From the IMG/VR virus record IMGVR_UViG_3300009146_000001, positions 1-64,000 of that record: a stretch of 64,000 bases of DNA. One strand, written 5' to 3'. Below, piece after piece: positions 10,501 to 19,599 of the stretch. Each line of letters starts with the position of its first letter. The first letter of the stretch is position 1. The notes under the pieces were generated by a model. It saw only the letters and a list, made by a program, of their open reading frames with translations, was not told the origin of the DNA and did no database searches. Both the position numbers and the translations under genes were made by a program. This DNA is from a virus.

Positions 10501-12794
10501 GCAGTGATCCGGAGCGTGCCGGGGTTGTTCAGGTCGTACAACGACCGGAAAACCATCCAGTTCCCGACCCTCATGAAGTTCCAGCCATCGGCCCCGGTGA
10601 GTTCCGTAAACCCTTCCGAGGAACCCGCTTCAATGAACGATTGATCAGAATCAACGATAGCAATGCCGTTGCCAGAACGAGGAACCTGAGAGGATGTGAT
10701 CGCGACATAGACGTAGTTACCTGAGTCTCCCTGCGCAGCAAATGGGAGGTCCGCGTTGATCGTCTCCTGCGTCTTGCTGAACGGCAGGGCGTTGATCGCG
10801 GCCTCGGTAAGCGAGGTGCTCTTGCTGTGACCCCACCGGAGATTGGAGATAACGACCGGCGGTCCGGGCGAGAAGCTGATGAGGATGTGGAAATCCCCGG
10901 AGGCGTTCCCGAATGCCCCGATGCTCGGAACGTCCTGCCAGTGCGCCCACCAGTTCTCGGTCGGGATCAACCCGCCCGCCTTCATCGCGGACTGACCGGC
11001 GAAGGAGAGGGTGATCTTGATCTGGCCGGATGCCCCCGGCCCAAGGGTGGAGAACTGCGGGGTAACCGACAGGATCATCCCGGTGGCAAGGAAACCAACA
11101 AAGGCCGACGTAAAGCCCAGAGCACTAGCCGAGTAAGTGGAACGGTTCGTGACCGTAATGAACACCGATGGATCAGCGTAATCGGCGACCTCCTTGGGGA
11201 TGGTGACGTAGGCTGGGTTTTCTGTGAACCCGAAGTCAGTGATGCGAGAACCATAATAGGTTGCCTCTGTCCGCTTGGTCACCTCGCATGCCGCCGAGAT
11301 AACCTCCAGCCCCACGGTGTGGTAATTCGCATCCGTGATCGTGATCGTCAGGTCCATCCCGGTGCGGGAGTAGGTGATCCCGAAGCCGGTGCCCGCACCC
11401 TCCGGGATGATGTCCTCGTCGACGCGCCAGTAGACCGTCTCGGAACCAGTGTCGATGCCAGCATTGCCTTGGATCACCGTGTCCGGACCGACCACGATCC
11501 GCTCCCCGATTCCGTCCTGAGTCCTGTACCATTCGGTCCCCGTCAGGATCAGCACCGGGTTCCAGTCCTCGCAATCAAAGCTTACGATGGCCGTGTTCGA
11601 ATAGATCGTCCCCGCCGAGTTCCAGACCTTGACCCGGTAGTCTCCACGGATTTCCGGGGTGACGTTCTCCACCGTGTAATTGGTCCCGGTCTCGCCCGCG
11701 ATGTCGGTCCAGACGTTGCTGATCCGCTTCTGCCACTGGTAGTTCGTGGCGTATTTGGCGACGACGTAGAGCTGGATGAAGTCGCCCGGCACCTTGGTCA
11801 CCGACTCCGGATGCTTCGTGATGATCGGCATCTGGAGCCTCGGCGGAGGCGGGACCACATGCAGAACCGGGGAGGTGATGGCCACGTCGCAGATCGTCAG
11901 CTCCACCTTGTAGTCGGCCTCGGTGCAGACCGTGATCGAGTCCCGGCCGAGGATCTCCTTGCACTGGTAGATCGGAGGGATGTCCTCATTGGCGCGCAGG
12001 ATGAGGGTCGCCACCTTGGTTGGCGTGTCGCATCCCTCCTGCCTCGCCTCGATTGAAATCTCGTGCTGCGCGATGTCGAAGAACTGGACGTCCACCCGCT
12101 TGTTGGCCGTATCAATCGCGACGATGCCGGTGCGGGTTGGGCTGCTCCTGACTCCGAGCCTGCCATCGAAGTAGAAGAAGGCTTCCAGCGGCACCGTGAC
12201 CTCTGGAGGGAACGTGCCTATGACCTCGTACTCCAAGGGGATGACCTCCCCGTATTTGGCGGAGACGACCGACTTCCATTGGATGCGCCAGTCGCATGTC
12301 GACGGACCGGGCGGCGGAGGGGGATCCGGCGGAGGATCGGTCGGCGGATCCGGGGGATCAACCGGGGGCTCCTCTTCGCTGGGCAGATCCGGCGGAGTAT
12401 CCGAGAGACAATATTCCACCCCGAGCATCCATGCATTCCCAAGCTGGGTCCAAGTCCTTGGGTAACCGGAGTCGCGCCACGCGGCCTCAAGCTGATCGGA
12501 ATCGCAGTTGTAGTCCTGAAGCCTGCCCGCGCTGAGCCCGCCAGCGGTCGATGCGTTGTAATCGAAATTCGTTGGGGTCCAGAACGGACCCTTCTTCGAG
12601 ACGACGTACTTCTTGGGAACGGCATCATCAAACCCCTGCTCGGCCTTCGCAGCGCGCTTGGCGAGAGCGGCATGGGCGCAGTCGAGTTCCGCCTGCGACA
12701 ACACCTCCTGCGGGTTGACCGAGTTGCTCAGAAAGAACCAACATCCGATGTCGGCTGATTCCGAATATCCGGGTGGGCAGGGCTCTTCAGGCAT
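10497..12794 (-). CDS. Ig-like domain virion protein
   Basis: 765 aa. Ig I-set pattern PIITKHPES...YQWQK...GDYRVKVWNSAG; Pro-rich linker. Confidence 0.75.
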   Translation of the reverse strand: MPEEPCPPGYSESADIGCWFFLSNSVNPQEVLSQAELDCAHAALAKRAAKAEQGFDDAVPKKYVVSKKGPFWTPTNFDYNASTAGGLSAGRLQDYNCDSDQLEAAWRDSGYPRTWTQLGNAWMLGVEYCLSDTPPDLPSEEEPPVDPPDPPTDPPPDPPPPPGPSTCDWRIQWKSVVSAKYGEVIPLEYEVIGTFPPEVTVPLEAFFYFDGRLGVRSSPTRTGIVAIDTANKRVDVQFFDIAQHEISIEARQEGCDTPTKVATLILRANEDIPPIYQCKEILGRDSITVCTEADYKVELTICDVAITSPVLHVVPPPPRLQMPIITKHPESVTKVPGDFIQLYVVAKYATNYQWQKRISNVWTDIAGETGTNYTVENVTPEIRGDYRVKVWNSAGTIYSNTAIVSFDCEDWNPVLILTGTEWYRTQDGIGERIVVGPDTVIQGNAGIDTGSETVYWRVDEDIIPEGAGTGFGITYSRTGMDLTITITDANYHTVGLEVISAACEVTKRTEATYYGSRITDFGFTENPAYVTIPKEVADYADPSVFITVTNRSTYSASALGFTSAFVGFLATGMILSVTPQFSTLGPGASGQIKITLSFAGQSAMKAGGLIPTENWWAHWQDVPSIGAFGNASGDFHILISFSPGPPVVISNLRWGHSKSTSLTEAAINALPFSKTQETINADLPFAAQGDSGNYVYVAITSSQVPRSGNGIAIVDSDQSFIEAGSSEGFTELTGADGWNFMRVGNWMVFRSLYDLNNPGTLRITA

Positions 12795-13188
12795 TGGAGT
12801 CGAAGATGACTACGCCGTCCCGGAACCAGCGGACACGGGTGGGCTCGTTGTTCTCTCCGCCCTTCTTCCGCCACGCCAAGGTCACCGCCCCGGACGGGGC
12901 AGCGCCGACCGTCTCGATCCAGACCGACTCCGGAGGCGTGCATACCGCAGGCACGGTGCCGATGGCCTCGTCGAGCTTGTCGTGAAGATCCTGATTAACG
13001 AAGGCGTCGTTCGCCACCGCCTGCCACCCGAACCGGCGGAACCCGCCGAGTCGACGCATGCGGCCGGAGATATCCGCGATGGCGTTGGCCACCAATGCCC
13101 ACTTCTGGCGGCCCAAGGATCCCGCCGGAGAGCGGGTATCCATCAGGTTGGCTAAGGTAGGTTGGTCGGTGCGCTTGTCGCATGCCAT
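12787..13188 (-). CDS. Hypothetical structural protein
   Basis: 133 aa, overlaps next gene. Confidence 0.55.
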   Translation of the reverse strand: MACDKRTDQPTLANLMDTRSPAGSLGRQKWALVANAIADISGRMRRLGGFRRFGWQAVANDAFVNQDLHDKLDEAIGTVPAVCTPPESVWIETVGAAPSGAVTLAWRKKGGENNEPTRVRWFRDGVVIFDSNA

Positions 13189-13205
13189 TCTCTTGGATCT
13201 CCCCT

Positions 13206-13943
13206 TTAGGACATCCGGCCGGTCCGGTAGGCTACGATCACAACGAAGTAAGGCGGCATGTTGGAGTGAGGCTTTCCACCTCCAACGGGATCCGTTTCTC
13301 CACCAATGACGTTATTCTTGTGAGTATCGTCATCTATGTTGGGAACAAGCGGAAACGGGGAGTTCTCCAAGGCTGCATTGCCACCACCAGCAACCCGGCT
13401 ATGAGCCCATCGCGTCATGACTTCATCGCCAAGCTCATGGGCATGCTCCGGCAACTCCTCAACGGAGAGGGTGATCTCCTTGTCCCCACCGGGCGGGGCA
13501 ATACCCGTGAGGCCGGATGGGCTGTCTTCCTCCAGACCAAAGTCCGCCGCCAAGAGGAACCGGCCGGAAACATCTGGGCCGCCCTGCGCGTTCTCGGCGT
13601 TGGCGATCACCCAGAATGGCCGCACCGATGCGTGTACCGCAGGGTCACGGCTGTCGTAGCTGTCGATCTCCTCCTCGGTGAGCCAGATCGTTTCGATGGT
13701 CCGCGTGGCCTCCGCGAGGGACGTCCCCTCGGGGACGTGGAAGCTGGCGAGGAATCCCTGAGGGAAAGTGATGGCCCCAATCTCGCGGGCATGAACGATG
13801 GTGGGTAGACCCTCCTCGCCATAGAGGCTCTCGACCAGCATCGTGAGCTTCTCCACCGACTCAAGCAATGCCGACATGACGTCGCACGGCTCCATGGCCC
13901 CGCTGATCTTCGGGATGTCGTCGCCGGTTACTCCACTGGGCAT
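13206..13943 (-). CDS. Tail collar/baseplate-like protein
   Basis: GRFLL...GGDKEITLSVEELPEHAH...GGGKPHSNMPPY motif typical of collar/short-fibre C-termini. Confidence 0.7.
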   Translation of the reverse strand: MPSGVTGDDIPKISGAMEPCDVMSALLESVEKLTMLVESLYGEEGLPTIVHAREIGAITFPQGFLASFHVPEGTSLAEATRTIETIWLTEEEIDSYDSRDPAVHASVRPFWVIANAENAQGGPDVSGRFLLAADFGLEEDSPSGLTGIAPPGGDKEITLSVEELPEHAHELGDEVMTRWAHSRVAGGGNAALENSPFPLVPNIDDDTHKNNVIGGETDPVGGGKPHSNMPPYFVVIVAYRTGRMS

Positions 13944-13944
13944 A

Positions 13945-14148
13945 TCACTCCTTGGTCTTCCGGACTACGTAGTCGTTCCACCACCTCCGGAACTCCTCAT
14001 TGTACTTGCGGATGTTCTCAGCCTGCTGCCGGAAAGCCGACTCGAACCTCGGGTCGATCTCGATGGTCGGCGGGATCACGGAATCCTCCGCACGAGGAAG
14101 GTCCGGCCTACCCCTGATCCTGCTCGCCTGTAATTCGGCCGGTGTCAT
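13945..14148 (-). CDS. Small hypothetical protein
   Basis: 67 aa, ATGA overlap. Confidence 0.6.
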   Translation of the reverse strand: MTPAELQASRIRGRPDLPRAEDSVIPPTIEIDPRFESAFRQQAENIRKYNEEFRRWWNDYVVRKTKE

Positions 14149-15359
14149 GGAGGAGTCACGGCCGCCAAATACATTGCTATCCTCTGGGTCAGAAGAATAA
14201 CCCCGCTGTCGCTATGATAATCAACCGGGATGGCGTAGTAAGTATCCGAAACCAAAGTAGGCTGGCCCGACGTAATATATCTGACCCACCTCGTGGAATC
14301 GTTCCAGTCCTGTAGATAAACCAATGACCCGGTTGGAATCTTATTAAGGACTTTGGTGTTGTCTGATCCGCCATTGCCCAGCTTGTGAACCAGCAGGGCC
14401 TTGGCCAGCGTGCCGTCGGCGTTGTCCCTGCGAATCTGGCCAGAGGCAGGCGGCGGTGGGTTGGGGTTGAAGTTGTAATCCAGAAATATCCCCTCCGCGC
14501 TGCCGACGTCCTCAGGCCACGCCGCGATCCTCACCCCGCCAAGGGTGATTCCTCCTGTCACAGTCAGTTCGTTTACTTCCATATCTTCCACGGGTTCGGT
14601 TGGGGGCGGCTCTACTGGTGGCGGTTCTGTCGGTGGCGGCACAGGCGTGGTCGGCACCGGCATGCACCAGCCCTGACTGAGGATCTCGGCAATGTAGGTG
14701 GGCAGGGGTGAGGGGTTCCGGATCTGGAAGTCCTCGGTCTTGAGCTTGGCCGCCTCGTCGACGAAGTCCTGCTTCGCAATGCCGATCCGGTTCTGGTCGC
14801 AGTTATCGTCCACCGCCGACTTCCAGAGGACGTAAAGCCGCAGGGCCTCAATCGCGGACTCGCCCCACCAGACGTCATTCGTCTCGCCCCAGTCCCGGAC
14901 GATCCCGTTCCACCGGATCCCGATCTGCCACGGCGGCGGCACCCACGGGTAGATCATGATGTCGCCCCGGTCCCGCGCCCAGACGACGTGCGCCTGCGGG
15001 TAGCACGGCAGCACCTTGGTGGCGTCACCGCAGAGGTTGACACGCGCCCAGTCGGCCTGCCTCTGCTGCACCTTCGGGTACGGCTCGAAGACGCAGAAGG
15101 TCGTCATGCAGTTCAGATTGCCCACCGCGACCTGCTCGATAAATCCCTGAGGGGCCGAGACGAGGGTTGCCCCCGAGACCATATATTCTGCCGTGGCGTT
15201 GAAGATCGTGGTGTTGGCGACGCGGAATCCCTCCACCCGCCGCTGCACCTCCGTGAGCCCATGCCGGACATGGTGCTCCTTCAGGGCCAGCATCGAGTGC
15301 CCGAACTTCTTCGGGAACGCCAGCGAGAGTACCCTGTCGACGATCTCGGAAACGGTCAT
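14145..15359 (-). CDS. Probable head-tail adaptor with extra C-terminal domain
   Basis: MTVSEIVDRV start and position after the capsid gene fit podovirus adaptors; Pro-rich linker then a further domain. Confidence 0.55.
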   Translation of the reverse strand: MTVSEIVDRVLSLAFPKKFGHSMLALKEHHVRHGLTEVQRRVEGFRVANTTIFNATAEYMVSGATLVSAPQGFIEQVAVGNLNCMTTFCVFEPYPKVQQRQADWARVNLCGDATKVLPCYPQAHVVWARDRGDIMIYPWVPPPWQIGIRWNGIVRDWGETNDVWWGESAIEALRLYVLWKSAVDDNCDQNRIGIAKQDFVDEAAKLKTEDFQIRNPSPLPTYIAEILSQGWCMPVPTTPVPPPTEPPPVEPPPTEPVEDMEVNELTVTGGITLGGVRIAAWPEDVGSAEGIFLDYNFNPNPPPPASGQIRRDNADGTLAKALLVHKLGNGGSDNTKVLNKIPTGSLVYLQDWNDSTRWVRYITSGQPTLVSDTYYAIPVDYHSDSGVILLTQRIAMYLAAVTPP

Positions 15360-15835
15360 GGAGGAACGTGCCCAATGGAACGCTTCGACTTCACCACCCC
15401 GGAAGGAAGGACTCCCTTCGTGCGTGCAGAGACCACGGTCTTACGCTTGGCGGGAGAACGCTTAGGTTCTTCTGCCGCAACAGGAACGGGTGGCCTTGAC
15501 GATCCGGGAGAGGATGGACTGTGTGGTCGGGTCTTTGGCCCCGGCGGGTCGTGCAGTGGATCGGTCCGCGTGTTGGCGCTGGGGAAGGTTGTCTTGGTTT
15601 TTTGAGGCGAATGGAACGCCGTGTTTTTTTTTGAATGAACCTCGTACTCCTTCTTATCGAGCACGGACACGGGCGCTCCCGGCTTTTTGGTCCACCCATC
15701 CAAGACCTCGATCTCCTCCTCCTTGTTCGTCGCATACATCCCCACCGATGTCCGGGCGATCCTCTCCCACTCGATGGGCTTCCCCCCAACCTCAATGGTC
15801 GGGAAGAAGATGTTCCGCTTGAGGTAGTACTTCAT
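15356..15835 (-). CDS. Hypothetical protein downstream of capsid
   Basis: Likely start MKYYLKR after the capsid terminator. Confidence 0.55.
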   Translation of the reverse strand: MKYYLKRNIFFPTIEVGGKPIEWERIARTSVGMYATNKEEEIEVLDGWTKKPGAPVSVLDKKEYEVHSKKNTAFHSPQKTKTTFPSANTRTDPLHDPPGPKTRPHSPSSPGSSRPPVPVAAEEPKRSPAKRKTVVSARTKGVLPSGVVKSKRSIGHVPP

Positions 15836-15847
15836 CACGGGTCTCCT

Positions 15848-15884
15848 AACAAAACGGGGCGTAACCGACAAGGTCACGCCCCGT
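15848..15884 (-). terminator. Intrinsic terminator after capsid gene
   Basis: 13-bp stem ACGGGGCGTGACC/GGTTACGCCCCGT followed by TTTGTT on the - strand. Confidence 0.7.
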
Positions 15885-15932
15885 CCCATGGAACCATCCC
15901 GCACCTGTCCAGAGAACGGAGCGGGCCTTGTT

Positions 15933-17690
15933 TTACGGAACCGCCGGATCGCAGTCGATGTTGTCGTCGTAAGGAATGCGTCCCATACCAAAGAAGGTCT
16001 GAGGACCGACCACCGGCTCAAGATAGGGAATATTCCAGATCATGAGCGAGCCGCCGGGGCACTCGACCACGTTCGTAAACGTCGTCGAAGTATGGCGATA
16101 GGTGGTCTGCTTGGTCTTCATGATGCAGAGCAGCTCCGCCGAGACCCGCGCCATCTCCTGCACGTCGCCGGTCTTATTCGTGACCGAGTTCGAGGAGATA
16201 ATCGCCTGATAGATCGTGGACCAGTCGATCATCCAGATGATATTGCCCTGCTGGGTGATCGCCGCATCGGCCTGCCGGTGCGCGTCCGCCCAGTCGTCGA
16301 AGAAGGGGTGGGTCATCACCCGGAGGATGACACCCGCCGGGAAATCGAGGACGAAATCGCGGAAGTAGAACCCGAAGGGGCCTTGCTTCTGGGCACCCAA
16401 GTCCCAGTTCATCGCCAGCGTGTCGGCGGTCTGGGCCTTGTAATACTTGATCATCGCCAACTGGAACAGCCGGGCGAAGGTCGTGTTCATGCAGACTTCG
16501 AAGACGTTGGACTCAACGCCGTTCTCCGACCGCACGCGCTGCATCGCGTAGATCTCCTCGAAGAGGTCGGTGAGGTCGAAGGCGGCGTCGTTGTTCGTGC
16601 CGCCCCAGTCGCGCACCCGATTGCACTCGTTGAGCTGGGAAACGACACCCACCGGGTTGGCCTTGCGGCCGATGCAGGTGTCCTGACCAATCGTGTGCGG
16701 CCCGAGGAAGGTGCCGTAGTCCAAGGTGATCATGGGCAACTCGTCCCACTCGTCCTTGTTCTGCTTGTCCGAGAACGCCTTGCCGTAGAAGAACTGCTCC
16801 ACCATCCGGCGCTGGAAGTCCTCGGTCACCTGCCGGGTGTACTCAACGTCCGGGACGTGAATGTGCTGCCGGTAGAGCTTGTTGTCCTTGAGTACCCGCT
16901 GGATGAAATCGTTCTGGACCTCGGAGTCGCAGACCGAATACCGGGTCGTGCCCACCCAGAAGTACGCCTCCTGATTGGTGTTCAGAGCCGGGAGGATCGG
17001 GCAGTAGCTCTCGTAGTCCGAGACGTTGGGAACGCCACGGGTGAGGACGGTCTTCACATTGACCGCGCCCACGCCAGAGCTTGGAGCGGTATCCTCGGGG
17101 GACATCTCCACCCAGATCTTCAGGTCGGTCCCGACAATCTGGGCATCGCGCACCACGCCCGCCGCGATCACGGTCTTCTTGTTGTCGGCCCGGCCGGAGA
17201 AGAACACCTGAATCCCCGGAGGGAACCACTGGACATTTGCCGGGATGGAATCCGAGAGGGACTCGACAACATAAATATGCTGATCCTTCGCGGGAGGAGT
17301 GCCGGTGAGGACGCCGCCATATGTTGCAGTCCACCACTGGTTGTTGATCGGCCCCTTGCGGGACATCTTCACGAACGGCTCATATTCAAGGGAGCCATCC
17401 ATGCGTTTGCGGTTGCCTTGAAACCCACGGCTCCACTGGCGGCGGGTAGCGGAAATGAAATCGTACAGCCCGTTGGATTTGGGCAGGCATGACTTGCCAA
17501 CGAAGTCGGCCTCGGCGAGAGCCGAGTCCACACGGGGCATGCCGTTGTCGAGGTAGATCGTATCCCACTCGTCGGGCATGATCGGTTTGACACTGCAAAC
17601 CGAGATGCCGCCGCAGCGGTCGAAATCTTCAACGACGTGTGGGCAGCATTTCTTCCATGCGGTTTCTGGGATTGAGACTGTTAAGGCCAT
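15933..17690 (-). CDS. Probable major capsid protein
   Basis: 585 aa; synteny portal-small gene-scaffold-this gene-terminator. Call is positional. Confidence 0.65.
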   Translation of the reverse strand: MALTVSIPETAWKKCCPHVVEDFDRCGGISVCSVKPIMPDEWDTIYLDNGMPRVDSALAEADFVGKSCLPKSNGLYDFISATRRQWSRGFQGNRKRMDGSLEYEPFVKMSRKGPINNQWWTATYGGVLTGTPPAKDQHIYVVESLSDSIPANVQWFPPGIQVFFSGRADNKKTVIAAGVVRDAQIVGTDLKIWVEMSPEDTAPSSGVGAVNVKTVLTRGVPNVSDYESYCPILPALNTNQEAYFWVGTTRYSVCDSEVQNDFIQRVLKDNKLYRQHIHVPDVEYTRQVTEDFQRRMVEQFFYGKAFSDKQNKDEWDELPMITLDYGTFLGPHTIGQDTCIGRKANPVGVVSQLNECNRVRDWGGTNNDAAFDLTDLFEEIYAMQRVRSENGVESNVFEVCMNTTFARLFQLAMIKYYKAQTADTLAMNWDLGAQKQGPFGFYFRDFVLDFPAGVILRVMTHPFFDDWADAHRQADAAITQQGNIIWMIDWSTIYQAIISSNSVTNKTGDVQEMARVSAELLCIMKTKQTTYRHTSTTFTNVVECPGGSLMIWNIPYLEPVVGPQTFFGMGRIPYDDNIDCDPAVP

Positions 17691-17705
17691 GGTCAGGTTC
17701 GAGAT

Positions 17706-19271
17706 TTACTTCGGAACCTTAACCATCCCGATACTACGCATCAACGCACCTATCCCATGCTGTGCCGGATTGGACCGCACCTGTTCCCCATATCCGACGT
17801 GACCTCGGCCTGAATCCCCACCGCCCGGTCCTACAACACTGGACGAGAACGGGTTAGAAGAACCATTCTCCTCTGGCTGAGGTGTGGGTTTCCGCACAGA
17901 TACCGAGACCGTTCCCCCATTGCGGGACGAATACTTATCAAGCTGCGATTTTCTTTTTTCCCACTTCTTCACCGCAGTCTGCCGCGCCTCCTCGGCAATC
18001 CATGCCACCACCTCGTCGTGATTGATTGCCCAGAATCCCTGCTGCTCCTCGGGCTTCATCGCCACGAACTTCTCCAGCGGTACGAACCGCTTGCCGTCCC
18101 GGATCCGCTCATCCGCCGGGCGCGACTGGATGAATCGTTCGAGACGTTCAAGGCTTTCCACCAAGGTGGCGTGGATCGGTTCCTTGGGGTTATAGGGAAC
18201 GATCCGGTTGGCGATAAGCTGGTAGGTTCCGATCAGATCCGCAGCCGGTGTCGCCACCTCGTTGGCGATCTCCGCCTCCATCTCGAAATCCTCGGCGGTT
18301 TTCCGTAGGCTCTCCTTGTCCATCTTGAGGTCAGTGCCCTCGGGGAGAACGGCTTCGAACACGGTCTTGAGAAGGGATATCTCATCCTTCTCAATGGCGG
18401 GCAGGACGGTCGCCACCCGCGCCTCAACCTCCTTGCGCTCAAGCTGATCCCGGAGCGGCTTGACGTGCTCCTCGGCGACCCGCTTGGCCTCGGCTGAGAA
18501 CTTGGCCTTCTGGACTTCCTCCTCGGCCTCGTCCACGTCGTCGAGGTCGATGTCCGGGAAGTTCTTGTTGTAGAATTCCGCGTGGTCCTCGTCATCGGCA
18601 TCGAACTTCTCGCCCGGATTCTCCTCCTCCCACTTCGAAACGTACTCCCGATGCTTCTGGTCGAAGGCGACGAGCCGCTCCTTGATGTCCCCGTACTGGT
18701 CCGGCTTGGCGACCGAGAGGTAATCGAAAACCTGTGCGTTCTGCCGGTACTCCTCGGGGTACTCCTTGGTGGATGACTTCTTGGCCGCATCCTTCTTCTC
18801 GGGCGCGGGCTGGCTTGACCGGATCGCCTTCACCGCCGCAGCCGACGCCACCTCCGCCACCTGCTCCACCGACATTCCCTGCTTGGGCTCCAGCTTCTCC
18901 TCGGGCGCGGGCTCCTCCTTCTTGCCCTCCTCCCGCTTCTTGGGTTTGACCTTGAGGACCGCCTCGGCCGTGCGGTCGTCCGCCACCTTGCCGTCTTCAA
19001 CCTTCTTGGCCGCAGCCGCATCCCCACCCTCCGCACTCTCCTCCTTCTTGGGCTTGGCCGCAGGCGCTTCCTTCTTGCCGAGAAGCCGACCGATGAAGGG
19101 AACCGCCTCCGACATGCCCTGCCGCACCGCACCAAGATCACCATCCGCCTTCGGCTCTGGCCTCGGCTTGGGCTCGTCCGGGATCTCGATATTGATGACC
19201 TTCGGAGCCTCTGCCCCCTTCAGTTCAACCTTCGTTTCCTCCACCGTCGTCGTCTTTTTGTCGGAAGCCAT
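17706..19271 (-). CDS. Probable scaffold protein
   Basis: 521 aa, E/K-rich coiled-coil/disordered, immediately before the capsid gene. Confidence 0.6.
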   Translation of the reverse strand: MASDKKTTTVEETKVELKGAEAPKVINIEIPDEPKPRPEPKADGDLGAVRQGMSEAVPFIGRLLGKKEAPAAKPKKEESAEGGDAAAAKKVEDGKVADDRTAEAVLKVKPKKREEGKKEEPAPEEKLEPKQGMSVEQVAEVASAAAVKAIRSSQPAPEKKDAAKKSSTKEYPEEYRQNAQVFDYLSVAKPDQYGDIKERLVAFDQKHREYVSKWEEENPGEKFDADDEDHAEFYNKNFPDIDLDDVDEAEEEVQKAKFSAEAKRVAEEHVKPLRDQLERKEVEARVATVLPAIEKDEISLLKTVFEAVLPEGTDLKMDKESLRKTAEDFEMEAEIANEVATPAADLIGTYQLIANRIVPYNPKEPIHATLVESLERLERFIQSRPADERIRDGKRFVPLEKFVAMKPEEQQGFWAINHDEVVAWIAEEARQTAVKKWEKRKSQLDKYSSRNGGTVSVSVRKPTPQPEENGSSNPFSSSVVGPGGGDSGRGHVGYGEQVRSNPAQHGIGALMRSIGMVKVPK

Positions 19272-19302
19272 ATTATGGATTTGGGACCACGGTCAGAATT
19301 AA

Positions 19303-19599
19303 TCAAGCTGAAGTGCGGATAACCACACTCACAATGCTCGTATGTTGGAGCATTCTTTTCCCGGAGGCGTACTCCCGCATAACCTCGGCGGCGGTCCGGA
19401 CTTTCTCGGAATCCCTGAGGAGACGCTTGATCTCGGACTCGTCGAGAGTCTCGGCCCGCATGCACCCGGCCTTGGCGGCCAGCCCATCCGCCTCCGAGTG
19501 CATCGCCTCGATCATGGCGTAGAACGGTGCCGAGCCGAAGAAGTCGTCTAACTCCCTCCGGACCGGGAGGGCCAAGTCTTTGCGGATGAGGTCGATCAT
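19303..19599 (-). CDS. Small helical protein between portal and scaffold
   Basis: 98 aa, ATGA overlap with portal. Confidence 0.6.
   Translation of the reverse strand: MIDLIRKDLALPVRRELDDFFGSAPFYAMIEAMHSEADGLAAKAGCMRAETLDESEIKRLLRDSEKVRTAAEVMREYASGKRMLQHTSIVSVVIRTSA

Noticed and set aside
15624-15632. Nine-base A run (- strand) as a programmed frameshift
   Set aside because: It encodes Lys-Lys in an intact ORF, and the alternative frame gives no better product
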